Source: Eimeria praecox | Lineage: Eukaryota | Direction of reading: 5' to 3' | NCBI GenBank assembly: GCA_963920595.1 | Contig: OY986947.1 | Span: forward strand, 496,001 to 560,000 | DNA length: 64,000 bases | Shown here: one piece after another, positions 54,101 to 64,000 of the stretch | Position numbering within the stretch: position 1 is the stretch's first letter | Layout of the letters: each line of letters opens with the position of its first letter | Notes under the pieces: model-generated | Told to the model about the DNA's origin: nothing | Seen by the model: only the letters and a program-made list of their open reading frames with translations | Database searches by the model: none | Translations under genes and position numbers: made by a program

Positions 54101-56564
54101 GAATACACACCTTAAGTTCAAGGAGATGTAGACAAAGCACACTACAAACAATTCGCCACGGAGCATGTATTTACCTTACCTCATTGGGGCACGCCCTTCC
54201 GCACTAGCCGGCGTAGCACCATCCAGCTAAGTTAGCTTTTGCACAGTTCACAGAAAATCTCATCCGTGGCAGAGCTGTTGTCTGGAAGCTGTTACAATCC
54301 TGCGCATGCCAACGGATGATGCAGGCTTCCACATACCTCAATCAGCGCGCAAGCAAAACCGACCCATCCTGCGATCCCATGCCCAGCTGCTGCTGCTAAA
54401 TGCCGTATACAGGCGCGCGCTGTTTGGCGCACTTCTGGATGCAGGCAAGACGACAGGTTCTGCTGAGCCAGCAGTAGCTACACTAAGTGCCCTTGCCATT
54501 CCTCCAATGCGTACAGCGCAACAATCAATTCCTAAACGATTGCAAATCCATTCAAACCCCACCACCACCCACACTGTTCTCCTGCAAAGTGAAGAAAATA
54601 TGCCGTCCTTCCACTGTGAGGAATGCTTAAGGGAGAGGACCACGCCGCAAAATCAGACGCGCCTGTGCTGCTGACACTTCAGCGAACCTACACGGCACTT
54701 ATCCTCACAAGCCCTCGGCATACTGCTGCCACTCCCATCCATTGCTTTTCTCCAGACCCTACATGCGTCCACAAATTTTCTACGGCTCCAGCTTATGCCT
54801 TATCGCCCCTCAGTCCACACATACGAGTGCCTCTGCCCCTTGACCAACCCTTCCGTGCAGCTGTCTCCATGACGATCAAGATGGTTCACACGCAGCAGGA
54901 CAGAACCTCTCAGCCCTTGTTACACACATACAGTGGACATTGCAGCATGCAGGGTTGCACCTTGCATGGGTGCCATGGAGTGGCGTACCTAAACCAAAGG
55001 AGTGTCAAGGGTTTCGCTCGTTCTAACGTACTGCAACTACACACAACTGTCTCGCCCAGCATCTACAGCCCCACAACACATCTTGCCACCTGCTAAAATG
55101 CCCCCAACCCGGCGAAAAAAAGTCGTTCTCGTTTTTGCATCCCATCCCAATATTCTTCATGCCCACTTCCTGCGCGTAATCAACATTGCTGCAACTCCAA
55201 CTGAGACCACTCTGCACTCGCTCCTCAAACCCTCGTCAACAAGCCCCTGGCTGTCCCCATTTGGCCAAGAGCTACGTGCTCAGATTTCAGCGAAACCCTC
55301 CTCAACGCGCATCGAAAATGCTACCTCAATACACTGACCATGCACCCACAAGGTCGCGAACAGACTGCTCATGTGTGCAAACACACACATGACCGCTCGC
55401 TCGCCTAAAGCATTATAGCAACGTTGATGCGTGCAAGACTTTCTAAAATAACTGGGAATAGACTGCTAGTGCCCGATGGGTGCCTTTAGATATTCACAGC
55501 CCTTACCTTCTGCGTATAACGCCACTGTCTACTACTCATGGCCCTGCTGCTTTCTCACGTGTTCTTAGCCACCCACTAACGGCCAAAAAGCGCTTCTATG
55601 CCCATCACGTACCTCTCCCCTTACTCATCACGCATCAAGTGCTGATGCGAATGGCACGCTTGCTCGAGTGCCAGCAAACGTTCCGTCTCATATCGGTATC
55701 CGTCAGAATGACGTGGCTCACTGACGGACGCAGTTCGCACGGGAAACGCAAGCTACAAACCGCTCGGAGGCTTCCACTAAACACAGCCACATCAAATTGG
55801 TCACTCACCCGAAACGTCGGCCCCATAGGCTCCAGGCACACAAAACAGCTCTGCACTGCTCTTAACCCTTCAGTCATCATTGACGCTCGTGCTGCACTGT
55901 CATTAGTGCTTCTGGGCGTGCGCGGGCAAACAAAACACACTTTCTAACCCAACGTGCTAGCGCTTCAAACATAGCCATTCTCCCTGCATCCCCTGCCACG
56001 CAGCACTTAACTAGCATCATCGCATCCTCTTCTCAAACACTGTAGTTGAATCACTGTCCTTTCATTTCGTATCGCATATTCCTTCGTCGCAGAGTCATCG
56101 GCTCGTTGATGCAAGCATTCTTGTGCGGCACAGTGGCTACTGCAACCTTTGGTACACCTTAAATTGCAGTCCCAGTGGGCAAAACCTGCATAGTGTTTCC
56201 AACACACCGCCTAATATATCCTTCTCCTTCACGTCTGCTGAACTGGCCCAATTTATGGGAATGGCGCACTTCTTGTCTTTATGTTGTCTTTGTGCTCTCA
56301 CACGATGACGTCAGGCCAGAGTCCCGTGTGCCTATACTCATTTTATCCACAACCAGTGGCCAGATGGCTTTGCCCCCTCCGCACAGCCATCCGTCAACGG
56401 TGGCTGCGTTTCTCATTTTCCGGTCGCATACCTCGCCGTCGCCTCACCAGGAGACTTCCGGCCAGACGAAAACACGCATTTCAACATCAGCAAGCTTTTC
56501 GTCTTCTCAACTTCTTTAGGCTTGGCCACTGATATTGCTGGAGGCTATGTCGCAGGGCACACAA

Positions 56565-59500
56565 GGCGCTGGGCACCGGCGTCCGCAACTGAGCACGAGC
56601 CGCTGATCTGAATTTTTGGCGGCCCTTTAGACCCTACAGCATTCATATCAAATACAGCACAGAGCACGCAATAAAGCATCACTCCTTGTTCGCAAATAAT
56701 CCAGCCGTCACGAGCACAAGGGTGGCACTGTGATGCGCGCTATATACCTGGAGATGCAGCGTACTGACATCAATCTTCGGATTGGTGTCATTCCTGTGGG
56801 TGTCACTCCTCCCTCTTCACTACCGGGCGGTAACGTCGCTCTCAGCCCAGCCAGCATTTACAACTCCAACTGCTTCTACAAGCAACCGTGCACTGCCACT
56901 CAGACTATATTAGGGCAGCGCTCGCCACATCTAGCCTCTCCACCTTTCCTTCCGCTGCCAGTTCAGAATTCCCCGCAATGCACACCAATGCAAAAGCGTT
57001 CTGCGTGTGTTTGCAAGCAAAGACTCTCGGGAGACATGCCAAGATACCTCCTTGTCTTACAAAGCCAGGATTCGTCTACAACTGTGTTGGTACACGAAGA
57101 CTGCGCAGCGCAAAATGCATGATCCTGACGGCACAGGGCAAAGCGTGCTTGCTCCAGAAATGCTGAATCGACCCCCAGTCATATCGAGGGGGATAGCAAG
57201 TCCAACAGCGCAAACGAATCAGAGCTCATGAATGCTTCCGTAAACCTCGTATATCCTACCCAGTCCGATGTCTGCCTGTGGTTGCAACGGGAGGCACTGG
57301 GGTCAGTCGAATCCATATTATTTCACCAAAACAACTCAGCTGCAAGAAAGGCTCTCGGCTGCACGCATCCCAATGCGCCGCCCACATTCACAGAGTTGGC
57401 ATTACAAAGCCTTTCGTTGATTTGTTCGTCACCCTGCAGGTTCGCGCGAAGGGGCTTGTCCTTTTCCAGCATGTTGGGCGGCACGTGCGCAATGCCGTCA
57501 GTGCACAACGCAGCAATGTTTTTGTTTCCGGCGTCTGCGTACGCAAATAAGCTTGCAAAAGCTCACATAACTGCGCTCGTTCGCATTTACGTCTCCAAAT
57601 GCCTCTTGTGGGCCCAAGAAGCCTAGCTCAAGGGCGGCCCGTATGACTGCATATTTCGACCGAGTAATTCACCATGTAAACAAGCATGGCCACCTGCTGC
57701 AGGGGCGTAGACATTCATAACGTTAGAAAGGGATGCACCGTTGAGAATTGCCATTCTAATCACCCCATTATAACGCTCGTTGGCAGTCAGCCTTCACGCA
57801 CAAACTGTACAGTGATGATATAACTCTGTTAACGGACTGCCCGTCCGAGCGTAAAGGCTAGCAGCAATTAGAACGCATTGTAGCGCTGTAGGGAAAACCC
57901 AGCTGAGTCACGCTCAGGTCTTACCAGACTCAGTCACACTGTTACGCAAAGCGCAGGGTGGAATCCTTGGGCGCTGCATGCGGCAAATGCTTGCAGCACC
58001 ATCCAGATCCCTCTATTCGCTCCAAACCAATGTAGCCATCGCTCGAGAGAGTGGCAATCCATCTGTGCCTGCTGCTTCCAAGCTACAAGGTTGTGCGAGG
58101 TACACCCAAATGCTTGGCCATCTGATCAAAACTTGCTTGATGCGCGCTCGCGCTAAGTAGCTTGCTGGAATTGATGCCAAATCAAACGAATAGTCACGCA
58201 TTACAGCGTCGGAGTGGCAACTCTGATAGTTTGGGCAGCGGCTACGCAGGTTCCCGTTGCTTACAACCGCCAATACTTCGAAGTGAGACAATTCTAGAGG
58301 TGAAGCGCATGGCTGTTTTGAAAAACAATTCTGCGCGGGAGATATAAGAGGAAAACATGCCACATTTTGGCCCTTTGAAATATTGAGAAACGCAGTGCTC
58401 TATCTCCAGGTTCCGCCCATTTCAGTTGTCCCTCCTGTTATTGTATGGGAGCATTGAGTGAGGCTCACTGCACCGTGTAGCCATGGCGCCATCTGGTCCC
58501 AAATTCGGCAAGGAACTGTTCGTCCCCGTGCTCTCATTGAGAAGACCAAATGGCGGCTCCCGCTTTCCACCTGCTGATGCCCATAGCTCTGTGCAGTAAA
58601 TCACGGATCCTCTGCGCTGTTAGCTAGATACGTGCTAGCTGTTTTGGGGGGGGGGGCAAATCGTGGATACACCCGCGTGATTATGGGTCGAGGGTGTTGA
58701 GGAGGGCATGCGTTTATCTACAGGTATATTGCAGCTACTGGCGAAGTCTGTGGCGCTTGACTCTTACGTTTCCGCCAGGTGCATTTGTCGATGTGGTAGC
58801 CTGCAGGCAACCACAAGCTGCAGCCAGAATCTTATTCAGCGTGTGCAATTCTCCTTAATTATGGCGGCGAGTGAGATGTTTCCATAGCAAAACATTCTCC
58901 CCGAAAATGAGTCTTGTTAAGTAAAATAAGCTGTTCAGTCTGCACTGCACAACGCCTTTCCAATCGGCGAAACACGGCAACACGGCAGTTATTCTCCAAA
59001 GCAGAACGTAGCCGGTGTCTAGCAGCGCAATCGTTTACCTTCGTATTCGTATGGAGTATCAAACCCAACTCCAAACGAGCGTACAGCTCCTTCTATCCCA
59101 TAGAGCATCCGCAAGCACCGCGCACGCGATTTTTCGCGCGGGCAACATGGCATAAGGGGTGACGACACAACAGCGGAGAGCAAAGAATCCCACTATTGCA
59201 AGCATCACGTACTGCACAAGCGCCCTGCGTTGGCCTGTGGAGTCAAGTGCGGTCATCATCATATACTACAGCATCCCCCTTCGCTAATGCTAAGTACCCA
59301 CCATGCATTTGCCTGATAGAAACTCAAATTGGAGAGCAGTCAATGCCCAAAAAAACTCTGCTTTGCCAACCATACGGCCCTAGACTTCACGACACGCCAC
59401 GCACTTCCAGCGTAGCCTGGTCCCTCTTCCAGCTATAGATACAAGCAATGCATCTAGTCACTTTTATTAAACTAATGCATTCAACACGCTCGACCTCAGC

Positions 59501-60650
59501 AATATGGTGTTGTTATTAACCGAGTCGTGCTGGGCGCTGTACGAGCACCGCCTTCTGAAAGCTTGATTTGAATCCTCCAAGCGAATGCATACCTTCATGT
59601 CAACTTGGGCAGATGATATGGAAGAATGCCCTACGCGCGTAGCGATTCACTTGGCCTTTATATTCATCCCGCATCAAGCCGCACACCATCCACCAGCTCC
59701 TTAAAGCTGGGCAACATGGGCTGACGGCCTCCCGGCAGGCACTTCCAGCCATCTCTTTCTTCAAAGCAAACACTGAATTCGTGACGGCCTAATTTGAAAA
59801 GACTGCCAAGACCCTACTGACCGTTCAAACACCAAACTATGGCCTCGACAATGTGTGTTTCTTCGGGCGCACGACAAACAAGACCTCGTTAAGGACAGTT
59901 GTACCGCGTTGCCCTCGCCGCAGGTGTTTCTGTCAGTTCACAATGCATCGTCCGGTATCCTTAACAGCTTAGATTACCATATGCGCTTCCTGGTTAGGCT
60001 TGGCGAGAAGCTGCGCCAAAGAACATCGCTGCCACGGAGATTGATTTCCTAGGCCTCTGGATTTTGGGCGCAAATGCATTGCATTAAAAAAGCATTCACT
60101 TTCAGGCAAATACAATTCGAATGCAGTATACCGCTTGCTGTAAACTTAAGCCTGGCTTGTCGTGAGTCGATCCAACGCAACCGCATTTTGTGATGGGTGT
60201 TACGACGGTGCCGTTTAAGCCCTTGCAAACGTAAACGCGCAATATCCTGCTCCCTAGTGATACCAGAATATGATGCGCGATGCATCACATAGGTGCGTGA
60301 AGATATAACCACGATATTTGGAGCCCTCAGAACAGGGCAGAGTGCATTGATCAGTCATGTCGCGCTCGCCACTGGAGATCTTACGCTCCGTGCCAAATAC
60401 GCACGACGATCTGAATACCGAAATCCTTTACATCTTTGTGGCTAGGCCATCCGGTTGTGAAGAGCATGGCCGCCCTGCTAGTATATGCTGTAGGCTCATA
60501 CAAATGCTAGGGCGGCCACCGCCGTCGAAGCATTCATTGGCGGATCTTTTTCTGATGGGTCCTTCCTTGGACTGCCCCGGTACGCTATGCACAGGGGCAT
60601 GGACAAGCAAACGCTGATGCATAGACATACAACCACCACCACGCCCACAA
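56565..60650 (-). pseudogene. Family-1 paralog Y (E-type; 3' part near-identical to E, 5' part divergent; truncated at the microsatellite)
   Basis: 58770-58830 aligns with 17214-17275; SISSAQVDMKVCIRLED vs SISSVQVCEVVCIDLED; 59980-60110 aligns with 18230-18355; GTATGT...CATAG intron at 60585-60630 followed by RTGAVQGRTHQKKIRQ. Confidence 0.62.
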
Positions 60651-60763
<113 letters not shown>

Positions 60764-60767
60764 GATT

Positions 60768-60822
60768 GCAGGACTCATAGGTCGAATCCGCGGCAGACGC
60801 GGATTCGACCTATGAGTCCTGC
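60768..60822. repeat. Perfect 25-bp inverted repeat with 5-nt loop (hairpin/cruciform)
   Basis: GCAGGACTCATAGGTCGAATCCGCG-gcaga-CGCGGATTCGACCTATGAGTCCTGC; the arms are exact reverse complements. Confidence 0.98.
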
Positions 60823-60949
60823 TGTTTGGGCGTTAGTCCGTGCAAATTCGAACTTAGCTGTCGACGTAGGCGCATGGAATCACTCCAGCGTACTCAAAAG
60901 CTATGACACATAATACACAATCAACAATGTTGCTTTTCCGCGGTGTACC

Positions 60950-61900
60950 CTACCAGCCCCATGCAGTGGCAAAGGATTAGTAGCTTACATCGTGGAGCAG
61001 CAGCCTCCAAAGAGCTCCTTGGAGAACGTGTCGCTGTCCAGCGTCAACACGTTTCTGAGTGAAAGCATCCACTTCCACGCTGCCTACGCTGTCCACCACA
61101 GGTAGGTTCTGCTGCACACCAAGCAGAGCACCGTACCGTCTGCTCCACAGAAAGTACTTTGCGCCTGCATAGTCTGCAGCGCATGCCAGTTTGTCTGGCA
61201 TTCTCTCCCCAATCACTCGAATATGCCACTTTGTGCCCCAAAGCGATAGCCGGCATTCGCTACGGCGCAGAAAACGTACGCCGTGACACTATCGGTTCTT
61301 CGCAAACGCCAGCGGCTGTTTAAACATCTACGCACGCTCATGCACGAACACAGATGCTCCAGCATAAACTTTGTTTGGGTACCCAGAGATAGACCTTGCA
61401 CCAGATGCCTTTCTATCCCGTCGTTCAGAGCAAAGCGTGCCTTAAGCTGTACACCATCTCCAGTGCTGGCGGCAACCCATCTTAAAAAGGCACGCTTACA
61501 GAACCAACAAGCATTCATTGCTATATACTCCAAGCATACCCTTCGAAACATCAGCTCAGCCAATTCTGGCCGATATACAACACAGCTGTTAGCGGAACCC
61601 AGGCAAGTGGAGCCATCAGGCGTCTACTCCCTTGAGGCCCACTACTTGCAATGCCACGGCATGCGCCACAAATCGCCCCTAAAATTCTAATGCAATCCAA
61701 GCAGCCACCTGCGTCGGCCTGTCGCACAACTGATGTTCTCGCTCATCGGGGCAATGCAGGGTGCGTGCGGAAGCACTGGTCTCGACGCGTACCACCAGTA
61801 CCGCACGCTTGCGAACCTTCTTTCAGCATTCCTGCACGCTTCTTGGATAGCAAGCTAGGTAGGAAGCTGCATTCAAAGCACTGCTTGTGCCCTTAATAGG
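60950..61900 (-). pseudogene. Family-1 paralog Z (A-D type, highly diverged; may extend to ~62,950)
   Basis: ORF 61213-61563 (RRCLNSRWRLRRTD...CAVANAG) aligns with RRGFTSAWRMQSTN...CAVVNAG (A) and RGLDKEWRLQRTG...AAVNAG (D); GCAATGCCACGGCATGCGCCACAAA anchor at 61648; SSDWGE vs SSDWEE. Confidence 0.58.
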
Positions 61901-64000
61901 AATAAGGCGCACTACCTGACGCATTGTAGTTCGCTCTAGGAGTGCCATGCCTCTGTTTCCCTATTTGGGTACACTTGGGCAGCCTATACAAACAGCAAGC
62001 TACATAATGCACAAAATTGTTTTGCACAATCATGAACACCTACTATACATCCGTCAATTGCAGCTCTTTTATTTCGACAGAGGCAATACCTGAACTTGCC
62101 CTCCACCGCAGTTTAAGCAGGCCGATTCGCCCTCGAGGAGCGCATCCCCTTCGACTAACGCCAACGCCAGTTTCACAAATCGGGAGGGGCATCCAACCTG
62201 TTACATGCATGCGTATCCCATCTGCTAGATTTTGCCACCCACCATAGGACACTGAGCGCTACACCACCCTGAGCTGGGCTACAGCTGCCCTACACATTGT
62301 TATACACCCGCTGATTGGGTCACGGCATTGCCACGATTACCACGAAGCTTTTCTAACGGCATTGCTGTAGCGTCATTCTGTCGGCATAAGGCACCAACCG
62401 AGCAAATCCCATCGCGACAAACGTCCACGTTCAGAAGCTAAACGGAATGCAGCGTTGGATGCTCATTTAAACAAAAACCTTCATCGCATCAAACAGGTGC
62501 GAAGCGATACAGGCAGTTGGGCACTGCAGAACGGAACTGCAAGTGAACGAAAAGCCTCCCATAGTAGGCAGACTCAATCAACGCCTCCCCAAAGGCTGCC
62601 ACAGAATGCCCCTTTGAAGCTGAAGGCCCTGTACTTCAGGCCTTGTTAATGTCAGGAACTTACAACCTGGGCCGAATCAACACCAGGCAACGCTCAGATA
62701 TAAGAGACATCGTCTGCTAAGACTACTCCACTAGGCAACACAACAGCACACGATAGATGGAATACCCAGCCAGCATCAAATAACCAGCATATACGCAACG
62801 TGTTGACAAGTCCAGGTGCAGAAACCAAAATGACCCTTCTCAGAGCCCCTGCCCACTACGCCAGACAAAGGGGAGCAGAGACGGATATGTGGCATATAAC
62901 TAGCTAATCAAACACACATCGTAGTTGCTGGTCAAAGGCACATCAAAACGCTGCTTGTGAGGCTGCGCAAAGCAAGACTCTACTGCAACTGCCAGGTGCC
63001 TGACCCTTATCTGCTGCCTAGTGAAAAATCACCAATTCTGATAGAAGCTGCGCCTTCCTACAGCGGCAGCTCCCCTGTGGATCCTAGTGTCCGCCTTCGT
63101 CTTCCTTATTAACCACAACGCACGAGCTGTTCTTCGAGGCCGCCTACAAACACACTTAGGTGTAGGATGGCCTACGACTTGGGTCCGTGCCACAACGAAC
63201 AATCCGTGCAAGGTGTGCTGACGCCTTGACAGTGGCGTGTCTGGGGATACCTCGAAAATCACAGAAGAAACACAAATCGTATGAATCGCACACCCGGAAA
63301 AACGTGGAATATTCGAAGCAGCTGCCGCAGGCCCCCAACAGTGCCCAAACACACCTGCAATTACAAGCATGTTTCCAAGGGAGGGCCCAAACCCTCACGC
63401 GAATTCGCGAAGCCCAAATCCCACGAAAACGGCACACAGCCCCCTCCGCTCAAGCTGGCTCAATTTCGACACACTAACGGATATACAACCTGCTAGCGCT
63501 CCCACGGTAGACTAGGCATCCATTTTACTGCCAAAACCCCGACAACGAAAGTTTGGCTGAACAGTACTGGCACTGCCATTGGCTCGTGCCCGCATACGAT
63601 AACTTTTTGTCCTACACAGGACTTCACGGGCTCTCCCATACAAACGTCAGGAAATACGCGCCCCTCACTGAGAATGAAGCCGGCGTGAGCGACCTACTGA
63701 TGGTTAGGTTATTCACAATCCATGACACAGTCTGCGAGCATACGCCTAGTTCAGGCGATTCTCGCATTGCATCTACACGCACGGTCTGAAGCACAGAGCT
63801 CATACATCGGATGTGCCGCATGCTGGCCAGTTCCCCTTGACTATCCGTGAAATATGCACAGACCGCTGGCGAGAACACTACTTCACTGCGCGCCCTGTGC
63901 ACAACGGAATGGTGACAACAGCTCCCTCACAGGCGAGAGTGAACACACACACGCAAAAGAACGACATCAACAACAGCAATTCCGAAACATCACAGCACCC

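Larger units (their letters stand above)
37487..58240. repeat. ~20.8-kb tandem macro-repeat, unit III (complete, last unit of array)
   Basis: Offsets from unit II are 20,742-20,807 (21139 to 41881, 28232 to 48993, 36470 to 57228). High identity stops after ...TTTGGGCAGC at ~58,240. Confidence 0.96.

Noticed and set aside
58622..58656. AGCTAG/CTAGCT short inverted repeat and G11 run; also CTGAGTC...GACTCAG at ~16338-16368
   Set aside because: Arms of 6-7 bp and a single homopolymer are expected by chance in 64 kb.

Overview
Eukaryotic DNA (roughly half G+C by eye, short GT-AG introns, (CA)n microsatellites). I see no intact recognisable gene, RNA gene, transposon or CRISPR array, and most ORFs in the track look like antisense or pseudogene fragments. 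Bases 1-~58,240 are a head-to-tail array of a ~20.8-kb unit: partial unit I (1-~16,680), unit II (~16,680-37,487) and unit III (~37,487-58,240). Each unit is an older cluster of decayed, co-oriented minus-strand paralogs from two families I cannot name. Family 1 (paralogs A-E per unit, plus divergent Y and Z at the right end) can be partly rebuilt by cross-alignment. It has a signal-peptide-like N-terminus (M-x-FTS...LLASACILxAFAFS), two short phase-0 introns and a Cys/Trp-rich body. Two alternative 3' halves occur (A-D/Z type and E/Y type). Family 2 has about three fragments per unit. Every copy carries stops or frameshifts, yet there are clear tracts of sequence exchange between paralogs. 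The array ends inside a gene, so the internal E copies look like chimeras. A perfect 25-bp hairpin next to a (CA)n run sits where Y is truncated. The organism is not identified; a protist parasite such as an apicomplexan is only a guess. Identities and most boundaries are by-eye estimates.
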